A stretch of DNA of 64,000 nucleotides from a plasmid: the sequence record NZ_CP092205.1. One strand, given 5' to 3'. Below, in pieces: positions 45,807 to 55,936 of the stretch (positions are counted from its first letter, which is position 1; every line of letters starts with the position of its first letter). The translations under genes and the position numbers were made by a program. The notes below the pieces were generated by a model. The model was not told the origin of the DNA, did no database searches, and saw only the letters and a list, made by a program, of their open reading frames with translations.

Positions 45807-46522
45807 GAGGTACTTTTTCTAACGATCCATTTGATTGGCAGGAAAAACCACAGTCTCCGGACGCGAGGATGACTCCTCCGATGCTTGCAACCGTAACCGA
45901 CGTCTTTCCTCGATTTCGTGCAAATGTTTTGACTACATTTGGAGAACCATTTCAAAAAGTTCGATACTTTGGACCTGCATTGAAACAAGGAGGAAATGCA
46001 CATGGTAGAGCCTTTGGTCTTAAAAAAAATCAGCTCGTATTGCTTGAGTTTATTGGAGGTTCTTTTCGCGCTCCTATCATCACTCAAGTTTTCCCTTTTT
46101 CTACCAAGGATTTCGACTTATCCAATATTCAGGACTTCTGGAATAAATATTCTTTTATCAACCCGGAGACAGACATAATTGATTTTCACGAGTCTGGCTA
46201 CGCGGTTCGTCAAACGACGAATAAGATAGAGGTTTATGACGATTCACAAGAAGTCGTATTAGAACTTGATTTTACATCCAAAAAAGCGACTCTCACATTT
46301 GAAAACGTAAAGATAAATTCTAAAGTTCAAATCAACGGGGATACAAAAATTGTGGGAAAAACTACCTTTGAAGGAGACTTGGATATAACTGGAAAAGTCG
46401 AAGCTACCGAAAAGATTATTTCAGATGTCGATGTGATCGCGGCGGGAACCTCTTTAAAAGAACACAACCATCTTTATAACCCAGGTCCATTGCCTCCTAC
46501 AAAGACTAGTCCTCCGATATGA
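45803..46522 (+). CDS. baseplate spike protein (gpV / Mu gp45-like) with an apical HxH motif
   Basis: 239 aa. The beta-helix-like C-terminus 'KVQINGDTKIVGKTTFEGDLDITGKVEATEKI' ends in 'EHNHLYNPG', resembling the iron-binding HxH apex of spike proteins. Confidence 0.45.
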   Translation: MRGTFSNDPFDWQEKPQSPDARMTPPMLATVTDVFPRFRANVLTTFGEPFQKVRYFGPALKQGGNAHGRAFGLKKNQLVLLEFIGGSFRAPIITQVFPFSTKDFDLSNIQDFWNKYSFINPETDIIDFHESGYAVRQTTNKIEVYDDSQEVVLELDFTSKKATLTFENVKINSKVQINGDTKIVGKTTFEGDLDITGKVEATEKIISDVDVIAAGTSLKEHNHLYNPGPLPPTKTSPPI

Positions 46523-46545
46523 CCTAATCCGTTACGATTTTCTCT

Positions 46546-48114
46546 GTGTCGACTCAAGTGTTCGATCCGGACAAAATAGAAAAGATAACAGAGCGAAGGG
46601 GTATTGGTTTTCCGCCAAAATCGTTTGCGATCGAGGTCCATTTACCTGGATCATCCAGTAGTATTTTCTTTCCCGTAGAACACGTTACGACTATCAAATC
46701 TCATCGTTCCATTTCCGCGCAAAGGGGAGGAATCGCGCTTACAATTCCCTACCAAGAAGGATACTTCGTTCAACGAAATGCAGATACTCCTCTGCCTTTA
46801 TCTCAAATCAAAGAGGGAGAATTTTTAAGATTCAGAGATATATTTCCGGTTAGGAGTATCGTTTTTATTTATTACGATAACGGATCAGGCAATTCAGAGG
46901 AAAGTAGGTTTAACAAGTTAAACGTTGGAAAGGTAAAATCTGCGTCTAGAGAATATTCGGCCGATGGAAAAAGTTTTGTAAGCGTGACTATTTCACCGAT
47001 TGAAACCCTTCTTTCCGACACCGACTTTTTTATCGACTATCAAAGAACGGAAGGAGAACCACCCACTCGGACCCAAGAATCCTATGCCGGAGTGATCACA
47101 AAAGCGACGAAAGTATTTTTACAGGGACAGTTGTCCGATTTAATCAAAAACTTTTGGGATGAGTTTTTTTGTACATTGATGAACATTTCAAGGTATGCAG
47201 ATCATCCAGTACTTTCACCGACTACAGAAAACGATCCCGATTCTATTTTAACGATCCTTCTTCCAAAAAAAGCATACACGGAATATTTCACATACGAATC
47301 TCAAGTGCTATCGAGTTTTTCAATCGGCTCGTACGTCAACTTTTGGGAAATACTAAGATCGTATGTTTCTGAACCTCTCTACGAATTGTTCGTGGATCCA
47401 CTCCAAACCTTTCAAATCGACGGAATGTATGGGAAGGGGGTTTCTTTAGGTGAGATAGGATCGAATATGATCGAAGAATACGAAGTAGGAAGAAAGGAGG
47501 CCCAGGTAGTTTTCAGGCCAACCCCTTTTTACATGTTTGGGAAGGACGGGAAATACCGGGATTTAAAAACGTCGAATATCGACGCTTGTTATTATTTAGC
47601 CTTTGATGATCTCAAGAATTATCGAATCGAAGATTCGGAAGATTCGATTATCGCGGGTGTTCACGTAATTCAAAATACATTTCAACAATTTGGAACTGTT
47701 CTTTCCGAACCGAAATACGAAGACAGACTTCGTTCAATTTTCGGTCCAAAGCTGCTTCATGTAAAGATGGCCGGACTCGTTTTTAAAGAGGAAAATCTAA
47801 ACGAGACAAACAAAGAAAACTACAAAGGTGAACTCGCTAAAATTCGCGATATGCTCTTTAATATTTTCTGCGATATCGAAGAGTTAAAAATTGCCAGTGG
47901 TTCTTTTGATCTTCCTTTTATTCCATTACGTCCGGGAATGCCCTTTCGTATCGTAATGGACGCTTCTAAAAAATATCCGATACCGGAAGACGAGATCAGT
48001 GAGTTTGGATATATCACAGACGTGATCGATGAATTCTCTCCGGGTCAAGCGAAAGCAAATACGAACGTATCGTTCAAATGGAGTCCTACGTCCACTTCGG
48101 CGTATACTGAGTGA
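46546..48114 (+). CDS. hypothetical phage structural protein (baseplate/tail-associated by position)
   Basis: 522-aa ORF between the spike gene and the giant gene. No motif. Confidence 0.35.
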   Translation: MSTQVFDPDKIEKITERRGIGFPPKSFAIEVHLPGSSSSIFFPVEHVTTIKSHRSISAQRGGIALTIPYQEGYFVQRNADTPLPLSQIKEGEFLRFRDIFPVRSIVFIYYDNGSGNSEESRFNKLNVGKVKSASREYSADGKSFVSVTISPIETLLSDTDFFIDYQRTEGEPPTRTQESYAGVITKATKVFLQGQLSDLIKNFWDEFFCTLMNISRYADHPVLSPTTENDPDSILTILLPKKAYTEYFTYESQVLSSFSIGSYVNFWEILRSYVSEPLYELFVDPLQTFQIDGMYGKGVSLGEIGSNMIEEYEVGRKEAQVVFRPTPFYMFGKDGKYRDLKTSNIDACYYLAFDDLKNYRIEDSEDSIIAGVHVIQNTFQQFGTVLSEPKYEDRLRSIFGPKLLHVKMAGLVFKEENLNETNKENYKGELAKIRDMLFNIFCDIEELKIASGSFDLPFIPLRPGMPFRIVMDASKKYPIPEDEISEFGYITDVIDEFSPGQAKANTNVSFKWSPTSTSAYTE

Positions 48115-48193
48115 AAAAAAGGAATCCTTTTTGATTTCACTGACTTGAAAATCAAGCTCCGATAGCCTTCGTTCTTTCATACTTTCGGGCAGA

Positions 48194-51100
48194 ATGTCGT
48201 CTATCCGTGAAGTTGTTAAATCCACATTGCAAGTCTTAAAATCGAAGGAAAAGCCGGTAGGCTGGCCTTCGACTCATGCCGACGGTTCTGTTTGGCGAAA
48301 GGTAAAACCTTCCGGAGAGAAGGGGGCCTGGGCGATGATTAAATCGCCTTCGCAAGCACGAGCTTCCAAGATCATTGCGGATACGGTAAAGAAGATCGAA
48401 CATTCTCCTAAAGAAACAAACAAAAATAGCGAACCGCCTTCAATCGAAGAAAAACCGTTCACCCTCATTTCAGAAAAAGTACAAAAACCAAAAAAACAAA
48501 CCCTCTCTTCTGAACCGAATCTTTTCAATATAGCACCGAAGACAGAAAGAAAATACTTAAACCAAAATTACAAACCCAACTACTTCCCTGAATCGATTCG
48601 TGACTTAGGAGATTTTATCACACAGGTAAAAAATACGCTTTTAGACGCGGGACTTGACAAACGAGCCAGTGAGTTCGTTGATCTCGCTTACAAGGGAGAA
48701 AACAATCTAAATAGTCTTTTAAACATTTCTTACAAATTTGTAAGTATCTCCTCTGAAAGCGTAAATAAGATCATTCGTTTCTTAATTTCTTCAAAAGTTC
48801 AAGAAACAAAAAGATCACTTTCAGAGGCCATGCTTGGAAATGAGAATGCGGCCGGTGAGCATGACGTAAAGGAACCCAAAACCTCAAAACTCACGTCGGA
48901 TTCGCTTTCCGGAATTGTCGTTCAATTACAGGACTCTGAATTAAATCCGGATGACAGTTTATACGTTGAAAGACTCAAAGAATCCGTAGAAAAAAAACTC
49001 ATTCCTCTCGCTATATCGGCAAAGATAAACGACGCTCTTTCGAAACTTATAGAAAAAGAACCTTCGATCGTTTTAAAGATTATTCGAAACTATGTAACTG
49101 AATCTCTTCTCAATTATAACGCGAAAATCAAACCAAAACCAATTGATGATACCTCGCTAGTAAAACGCGCAGTTCTATCCACAAAGTTTAGAAACTTAGC
49201 CGATTCGATGGAAGAATCGATTCGTAACAAAGAAAGCCCACCCATTTCAAGGCAAAATGTAACTTTTCGCAGAGCGAGAATTGCAGATGCTATGTATGAA
49301 GACACCAAACAAATGCGGGACATTCAATCTGCGTTACGGGGAATAGCGGATGAGATAGATTTAGGGACGTTTCCTGAGAATCTCAAAAAGATAAAAAGCA
49401 AGAAGGACATTGAACAAATTCTCAATGTTTCTCATTCACTAGACAATCACAGGAATAATCGAGATACACAAACTCAGAAGCCCCTCACCGAGAGATTATC
49501 AGTATGGTTTCGAAAAATAGAACCGCGATTTATTTCAGAAACAGAAACGAATCACATAACTGTTTCTGGTAATAATAAAATATACAGTCATAATCTGACC
49601 TGGGCATACAAAAACGGGCTGATTTCAAAGTCAGAACTAGAACAAGCAAAGAAGGTTCAAAAAACAATCGGTTCCTATGAAGCCGAATTTATCGAATCTT
49701 CTAATTTGGAAGAAGTTGAGTCCTTGAAAAGACTCATGGATAAGTTTAATAAAATTGAACAGTGTCTTTATGCCCGTCCCGCAAAGCCAAATACAAAAAA
49801 CCCCGTAATTATAAAAGATAAACCCTATGAGTTATATTTTAAAGGAAATCCTTACTCGAACTATGCCGAAAGGTCGTTAGCTGTCCTTCGGTTAGGACTA
49901 AATACTTTTGAACAAGTCCATGAAGCCGGTCAGTATCTTCGCACCCTCATAGCAAAGAACAAAGACGGCGGATCCGATCCGAAGAAAATTGAAATTCGGA
50001 ATATGGAAAGGGAACTGATTGGAAATAAAATTCCAGGATTCTTTCCAACGCCAAAACCCTTAGCACAAAGACTTATCATTGAGGCAGATATTCAGCCTGG
50101 AATGGATGTTCTTGAACCCTCTGCCGGGAAAGGAGACTTAGCGGAAGTAATTTCGGAAGAGACAGGAATTCATCCTGATACGATTGAACCTATATTTTCC
50201 TTAAAGAACATTCTGCAAGCAAAAGGATATACGATTGTTGCGGACGATTTTTTAGATTTTGTGGATAGAAGGTATGATCGTATTCTAATGAATCCTCCGT
50301 TCGAGAAAGGATTAGATATTCGTCATGTATTACACGCCTATTCTCTACTCAAACCGGGCGGAAAACTCGTTGCAATCATGTCTGAAGGTCCGTTTTTTCG
50401 GGCGGATATTAAGTCACAGGAATTTCGAAAGTGGTTAACTGAAAAAAGAGGATCGTCTGAAAAGTTACCGGAAGGTTCTTTTACTGGAAAAGATTCTTTC
50501 AGACAAACCGGAGTCTCTACTCGCTTAGTAACTCTTACCAAGCATACAGATGATATTTTGTATCATAAAAATATGTCTGGAGGAATCTCACGCACCTTCG
50601 TTGATAACTACCAACCGGAATTGAATGTTTCGAATCGGGGAGTTGCGAGTAATTCGAATGATTGGACTTTAAAATTACCAACTGATGGAGATAAATTAGA
50701 AGACTGGCCAGTTCGATTTAAAACAAAAACCGAAGCGATCGATCAAGGTATAAGATCAAAACGCCTTATTCAGAAATATTTTTCAGAGCCGGAAGAATAT
50801 GGAAAAATCGTAAAACCGGCGGATCCAAATGTTCGTTCTGAAGCGATGAAAGGAAATCAGAATGCAGTCGGTGAACATATCGTTGAAGTGGGAATTCAAG
50901 GAATTTTGGATGAAAGAAATGCTATCCCACCGCAATCAAACACTACACTTATAAAAGAAACGGTAAAGTCCGTAAAACAAAAGTCCTTTAATTCCGTTTC
51001 TGAAATATTAGATGATAGGGAAAAAAACAAGGAATTCAAAGATGCAAATACTCGCGTAGAAGGTTCGAAGAAAGAAAGAGCCGCACTCTCAAAATTACTT

Positions 51101-52948
51101 TCCTATGCGGATATTTCAAATATGGATTTCGTAACAGCCGAACGAGTCGTAAAGAAAGATCGAGTGATAACTCCATTCAACGCTAGAGAACGTAAAGAAA
51201 AAGGGGAAAGTGCAGGGCTTACCTATTTAAAAGCAAAAATTTATGAAGCAATAGCGTCTAAACCTGCCGATTCTCCTTTTGCACGGGAACAATACGTTAA
51301 AAATTTAGAAAAGATTATGGCGCCTATTTTTAACGCCAAAACCATCAATGAAATACAAAGTTATTCTTTGAATTTTGTTGAGATTAGTCCTTACGATTTA
51401 AGCAATAAATTTGGAGAGGTTATGAACTCTCTTAAATCAAAATTAAATGGAATTACTGAGAACGAAAAAAACATTCTAAAGGAAGAATATCAAAAACTCT
51501 TTGCTGAAATTATCCCTGGCTCCGAGGTATTAGTTGATAGAATTCTTAATGGAAAAGTGATTAACTCTTATGATTTTCGTAAAGAAATCATGGTCTTTTT
51601 AAAGAAACCTTCCTATCGTTTCGATAACGATCCAAATTTGATTGTACATTCTACTGTATTTGGAGACAAACTGATTAACCTTCTCCGGAGGAGAACCGAT
51701 TCCGGAAAAAATATTTGGAATAATGCAAAGCTTTTTGAACCACTTGGTGAGCAAGAAGCAAAGGCACAGTATGAAAAGTATTGCAATAATTTTCTACGCG
51801 AAGATAAAGAGTATATCGAGCGTGTGAAAAAGAAATATCCAACGTTTGAAGATTATTTTCGTAAACGTTTTCAAAATGCTATAGGTAGAAGAGAGTTTGC
51901 TGAAAAAAAATATGCTTATGCAATTAATTTTAAAAAACCTCATTCCCGCGAAGAATGGGCAAAAGATCCAAAAAATCAAGTGAGGGAAAACAATTGGGAT
52001 TGGTTGGATAAAAAACGTTCAATCGGGACAAAGGGATCCGGCTATGAAATTCATGGCGGTTCACCACTTCCAAAGCTCATACGTGCCAATGGACGTATCG
52101 TTAAACCCAATGAAATTGCATCCGATCGATTGACTCAAGATTGGGGTTTTAAATCCGTACAATTTGGAAATTATATGGATGATCGAACTTCCCGAGAACA
52201 TATTACTCGTTTCGTATGTGCTTTAAAAGATTTAGAAGACGCTTTAGAAATGGATCTGTCTAAAGTGATCCATGAAGGAAATTTAAGCATGTCTTTTGGA
52301 GCTCGTGGAATTGGAAAGGCAATGGCTCATTATGAACCAGGATACAGAATCATAAATCTAACAAAGAAAAAAGGGGATGGAACTTTTGCTCACGAATTCG
52401 GGCATTTTTTAGATCACTTGGCTACAGGAAAAGAAGCCAACCGAGGTGGAAGTCATTACGTTAGCGAAGATTTTCAAGGGTCATTTGGCGATTCTGCTCG
52501 AGTTTTGATGAATGCTATTCGAAAATCACCTTCAGGAAAAAATACAAACTACTTTATTTCAGCGCAGAAAATCGGATCAAAATATTGGTCAAAACCAAGG
52601 GAATTATTCGCAAGGGCTTTTGAATCTTACGTTGAAGACAAAATGAAAGCGAAAGGAATGAAAAACAATTATCTGGTTGCCCCAAATACAGTCGGCGATC
52701 CTGATTCATTGACGGATGGCGAACTTAGGGAACTTGCTTATCCACAAAGAGAAGAAAGGATTCGAATTTATAACGCGTTTGAGGTTTTTTTTAGAGAAAT
52801 GAAGCTTCAAAAAAACTGGGTGAAACCATTCGATTCAAACACTCAACGAATTTCTTTGGTAGAAGAAAACCTAGATACGGTTGGTGATATTGTAAAACAA
52901 AAGAAAAAAAGAAAATCTGCGGTAGAAGACCAAGAAACTTTATTATAA
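48194..52948 (+). CDS. giant multi-domain ('polyvalent'/DarB-like) phage protein: gamma-class N6-adenine DNA MTase domain + HEXXH zincin-like domain + internal repeats
   Basis: 1,584 aa. MTase motifs in gamma order: 'FFPTPKPLAQRLI' (X), 'VLEPSAGKGDLA' (I), 'ILMNPPF' (IV). C-terminal 'GDGTFAHEFGHFLDH' is HEXXH. Repeats 'SEAMLGNENAAGEHDVKEP' and 'SEAMKGNQNAVGEHIVEVG'. It shares 'TLLDAGLDKRASEFVDLAY' with the 912-aa protein. Confidence 0.65.
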   Translation: MSSIREVVKSTLQVLKSKEKPVGWPSTHADGSVWRKVKPSGEKGAWAMIKSPSQARASKIIADTVKKIEHSPKETNKNSEPPSIEEKPFTLISEKVQKPKKQTLSSEPNLFNIAPKTERKYLNQNYKPNYFPESIRDLGDFITQVKNTLLDAGLDKRASEFVDLAYKGENNLNSLLNISYKFVSISSESVNKIIRFLISSKVQETKRSLSEAMLGNENAAGEHDVKEPKTSKLTSDSLSGIVVQLQDSELNPDDSLYVERLKESVEKKLIPLAISAKINDALSKLIEKEPSIVLKIIRNYVTESLLNYNAKIKPKPIDDTSLVKRAVLSTKFRNLADSMEESIRNKESPPISRQNVTFRRARIADAMYEDTKQMRDIQSALRGIADEIDLGTFPENLKKIKSKKDIEQILNVSHSLDNHRNNRDTQTQKPLTERLSVWFRKIEPRFISETETNHITVSGNNKIYSHNLTWAYKNGLISKSELEQAKKVQKTIGSYEAEFIESSNLEEVESLKRLMDKFNKIEQCLYARPAKPNTKNPVIIKDKPYELYFKGNPYSNYAERSLAVLRLGLNTFEQVHEAGQYLRTLIAKNKDGGSDPKKIEIRNMERELIGNKIPGFFPTPKPLAQRLIIEADIQPGMDVLEPSAGKGDLAEVISEETGIHPDTIEPIFSLKNILQAKGYTIVADDFLDFVDRRYDRILMNPPFEKGLDIRHVLHAYSLLKPGGKLVAIMSEGPFFRADIKSQEFRKWLTEKRGSSEKLPEGSFTGKDSFRQTGVSTRLVTLTKHTDDILYHKNMSGGISRTFVDNYQPELNVSNRGVASNSNDWTLKLPTDGDKLEDWPVRFKTKTEAIDQGIRSKRLIQKYFSEPEEYGKIVKPADPNVRSEAMKGNQNAVGEHIVEVGIQGILDERNAIPPQSNTTLIKETVKSVKQKSFNSVSEILDDREKNKEFKDANTRVEGSKKERAALSKLLSYADISNMDFVTAERVVKKDRVITPFNARERKEKGESAGLTYLKAKIYEAIASKPADSPFAREQYVKNLEKIMAPIFNAKTINEIQSYSLNFVEISPYDLSNKFGEVMNSLKSKLNGITENEKNILKEEYQKLFAEIIPGSEVLVDRILNGKVINSYDFRKEIMVFLKKPSYRFDNDPNLIVHSTVFGDKLINLLRRRTDSGKNIWNNAKLFEPLGEQEAKAQYEKYCNNFLREDKEYIERVKKKYPTFEDYFRKRFQNAIGRREFAEKKYAYAINFKKPHSREEWAKDPKNQVRENNWDWLDKKRSIGTKGSGYEIHGGSPLPKLIRANGRIVKPNEIASDRLTQDWGFKSVQFGNYMDDRTSREHITRFVCALKDLEDALEMDLSKVIHEGNLSMSFGARGIGKAMAHYEPGYRIINLTKKKGDGTFAHEFGHFLDHLATGKEANRGGSHYVSEDFQGSFGDSARVLMNAIRKSPSGKNTNYFISAQKIGSKYWSKPRELFARAFESYVEDKMKAKGMKNNYLVAPNTVGDPDSLTDGELRELAYPQREERIRIYNAFEVFFREMKLQKNWVKPFDSNTQRISLVEENLDTVGDIVKQKKKRKSAVEDQETLL

Positions 52949-53003
52949 TCTAAAAAATTCCGATTTATTTCGCTTTGCTATTTTTATTCGAGGGAAACTT
53001 TAA

Positions 53004-53393
53004 ATGCCTAGCTTTCTCGGTCCGTTTACCAATGAGGACTTTCCGGAGGACAATCGTTTGAAAAAACTAAACGTTGCTGAAGCCGAAATCGATTTTTCAA
53101 ATGCGGCCGGCACCTTAAATTTAGGGGATATTCTTCAGGTGAATTCTGTGGTAGTTCAAGTCTTTGTTAGAGTCCTTACTCCATTTAACGGATCTCCTTC
53201 TCTCACGGTAGGAGACACGATAACCGCAGACAAATGGTTAGACGCTAATGGAACAGACCTTTCTTTATCCGGTATTTTTTTAGGATTTGCGTTCGAAATT
53301 CTTACTTCCCTTACTCAAGCCCGTGTATATTGGAGTCCAAACGGGTGTAGCGCTGGAAAGTTGCGTGTGTATCTTTTAGTTTCCGATCCGTAA
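53004..53393 (+). CDS. hypothetical protein
   Basis: 129-aa ORF. No motif. Confidence 0.3.
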   Translation: MPSFLGPFTNEDFPEDNRLKKLNVAEAEIDFSNAAGTLNLGDILQVNSVVVQVFVRVLTPFNGSPSLTVGDTITADKWLDANGTDLSLSGIFLGFAFEILTSLTQARVYWSPNGCSAGKLRVYLLVSDP

Positions 53394-53670
53394 GTTTTTA
53401 TAAATCGTGAATCTGATCGGTAAAATCCAAAAAAGTACGCGCTTGACAATATTAGGAAAACAAGAATTGTCTTCACATTCAACGAGTGGATGGTTTGAAA
53501 TAAGGTGACTGGACAATTAGTATTTTTAATTACATCCCCATTTTATTCCCAACTCGTATTTATGGACAACAAATTCGAGTATTTACTGGTAATCTTTATA
53601 GACTTATTTTATCTTTCTATTTTGAAAGTAATAGATGATAATGAGTAATTAATATTCCGTATTTTTTTAT

Positions 53671-54570
53671 TTAAGGATGTCTAGATGAGCATATTCTACA
53701 ATTGCACATTTGAGAAGTGAAATGCCTAACTCCAACGACAGAGTTGTTAATTCTATCCGCTCTTTGAAAAATCAAATTAAATAAAGAGTCTTCCGAATTT
53801 TCTAGATATCTTCTTAAAGAATAAGAACATAAGTCGGCAATTTGAATCATACTAGTAAGTTTTGAATCAACGAATAGAGGAGTTTCAATAATCTTAGTAA
53901 TATTCCCCCAAAATGTTCCGTGGTTATGAAAATGACGCATCAAATCCGTATGCCTTTTCTCTACCGTATCGTTATTATCATGAATTAATAATCCGTAACT
54001 TTCAGGCACTTGTCCGGATCTATCCATTATTTCTAAATATTTATGAAATCGATTTACAATTTGCTCAAGAGCATGCTCATCTAAAGGTCTTGCAGAAATA
54101 GTCGGGTTGAAATGAAGTTTATCAATACATTCAGCGAATAATCGGGCATAGCTCCAATTTGCAATTGTTTGCGCTAACTCTGTAATAAAATTAAGACGTT
54201 CTGTATAAGTGAGGTGAATATATGAGGCGGTTTCTCTGAAATTCTTTTTTGTTTGTTTTAATCTTTTTGAATTCTTTTGTCTTTGAAGTTTGTGAATTTC
54301 AGATATCCGAAATCTTTCGACTTCTTGCTTTCTTTGTATGTGGTCTAATGATTCAAAATTTGGAATATTCTGTTGTTCGTAATACGGTCTTAAAATCCAA
54401 CCTGTATGAATTTCGGCACCTTCAAGATTAAATTTTCTTTTTATATTATCAATTTGCTTTTCGCTTATATTCCAGAATTTCACAGGAATAGAAAGACCAG
54501 CTAAAACGTAGTGGCTTGTATTTCCAGGAATGTTTGGAGTCCCAGATTCATCCAGGTAGCAAAGATACAT
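53671..54570 (-). CDS. DUF3800-family protein (moron, opposite strand to the phage late genes)
   Basis: N-terminal 'MYLCYLDESGTP' and C-terminal 'MIQIADLCSYSLRRY' are the hallmark DUF3800 motifs (YxDESG … IQxAD). 299 aa. Confidence 0.6.
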   Translation of the reverse strand: MYLCYLDESGTPNIPGNTSHYVLAGLSIPVKFWNISEKQIDNIKRKFNLEGAEIHTGWILRPYYEQQNIPNFESLDHIQRKQEVERFRISEIHKLQRQKNSKRLKQTKKNFRETASYIHLTYTERLNFITELAQTIANWSYARLFAECIDKLHFNPTISARPLDEHALEQIVNRFHKYLEIMDRSGQVPESYGLLIHDNNDTVEKRHTDLMRHFHNHGTFWGNITKIIETPLFVDSKLTSMIQIADLCSYSLRRYLENSEDSLFNLIFQRADRINNSVVGVRHFTSQMCNCRICSSRHP

Positions 54571-54574
54571 AAAT

Positions 54575-54665
54575 TTTATGAGGACGGCGACTGGCGATGG
54601 GGCTGAAAGCCCCTCGTTGAGACGCTAGGCGACTCATTCCAGACGCTTCTGGAAGGCTATATTAA
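54575..54665 (-). ncRNA. GC-rich structured element in the 5' leader of the DUF3800 gene (candidate cis-regulatory RNA; function unknown)
   Basis: ~90 nt at over 60% GC in a ~38% GC background. Clear hairpins GGGGCTGAAAGCCCC and CCAGAAGCGTCTGG, with GGCGACT and AGACGCT direct repeats. It lies immediately upstream of the DUF3800 start codon. Confidence 0.25.
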
Positions 54666-54747
54666 ATAGACTAATTTCACAAGCGATTTTCTAAACTAAA
54701 ATTTAACTTTTTTCAAGTAACAAATTGGTTTTCATATTACTCAATCT

Positions 54748-54824
54748 CTACATAGTAGAGTGTCCAAAATTTTGCGTCTAAACGCGGGGTTTGTGTCCAA
54801 ATTAACGGTATATAGGGATCAGTA
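54748..54824. repeat. ~77-bp repeat element, copy 2 (inverted relative to 6159-6241)
   Basis: CTACATAGTAGAGTGTCCAAAATTTTGCGTCTAAACGCGGGGTTTGTGTCCAAATTAACGGTATATAGGGATCAGTA matches the reverse complement of 6159-6241. Confidence 0.7.
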
Positions 54825-55009
54825 ATAACGTTATCATATTTTTTATTATTTATAATTTTTTTTGAAAGGCATAAACAGAAATCTTTCATCTAGCATTCAA
54901 TATTGTAATTTCGAATTCCGGCAACACCCTATCTAAAGAATTTCAAAAATAGGGACACGTATCCATATCTTTCCCTTCCGATTTTTCTTTCGCTAATACA
55001 AGGGTCTCT

Positions 55010-55933
55010 ATGTCAGAGACCCAATTTCTTCACCCGTTCCATATCATGAAAGCCACTCCGGAGGATCGGACTGGCGCAATCAAAATCCTAGTCAAAGCGT
55101 CTTCGGAACGAGAAGATCGGCAAGGAGAAGTTATCCTTAAATCCGCATATGCGGATCTATCGATGCGGTCCGAATTCACTTCTCAAGGATACTTCGATTT
55201 TAACCATTTAACGGACCATATTGATAAAGAAATTCGGGACTTAAAAAAAGAAGGTAAGTTAACCGGATCGGTTCTTGTCGATTTACAAAAATCCAAAGCA
55301 GAAGCAATTATCGGCGCGCCCGAACAAATCGGGTTGAAAGAAGATTTTCCGGCGCACTATGGAATCAAAGACGACGGACTGTATATTCTCGGAAGGCTTT
55401 TTCCCGGAAACAAATTCGCAGAAGAAATTCGAAAAGGATTACAAGCCGGGTTTCAAGGTTGGGGAGCTTCTGTTTCCGGATTTGCGAGACCTCAAGACTA
55501 CCAAGGAAAAACAATTCGCAAAATTCTTCTGCGTAAATGTGCGATTGCTCCACTTCAGGAGGTCATCAATCCCGATACTTCGGTTCAATTGATAAAGGGA
55601 GCAATATTTCTTCGAGATATTGAGAAGAGTATTTTAGAAGGAGTATCAGATCCTACTGATCTTTCAACGAACTTAGAATCCTTCGAACTAGAACGACTTA
55701 GACGAATTGAACGTAAACTCGACTTTTTAACAAAACTATTTCAATCCGATCCAGAAGCGCAGGATCGATTCGTCGAACTCATCATCTCCGATATTTCGGA
55801 TCGTGTTAGAAATCAGGGAATGGAACTTCGGTCCGCCCTGATTCGCTCGGTTCTCCAAACAGAATACAGCATCGAAGGCGAAGATTTAGAAAATCTCACC
55901 GATGCCATATTTCTAAAACTGAGCGGAGAATAA
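55010..55933 (+). CDS. putative prohead protease (HK97/S78-like)
   Basis: The N-terminal pattern 'IKILVKASSEREDRQGEVILKSAYAD' resembles the S78 'GYASvFgnvDs.GDvv..GAF' block. It sits just upstream of the acidic scaffold and MCP. Confidence 0.4.
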   Translation: MSETQFLHPFHIMKATPEDRTGAIKILVKASSEREDRQGEVILKSAYADLSMRSEFTSQGYFDFNHLTDHIDKEIRDLKKEGKLTGSVLVDLQKSKAEAIIGAPEQIGLKEDFPAHYGIKDDGLYILGRLFPGNKFAEEIRKGLQAGFQGWGASVSGFARPQDYQGKTIRKILLRKCAIAPLQEVINPDTSVQLIKGAIFLRDIEKSILEGVSDPTDLSTNLESFELERLRRIERKLDFLTKLFQSDPEAQDRFVELIISDISDRVRNQGMELRSALIRSVLQTEYSIEGEDLENLTDAIFLKLSGE

Positions 55934-55936
55934 CCG

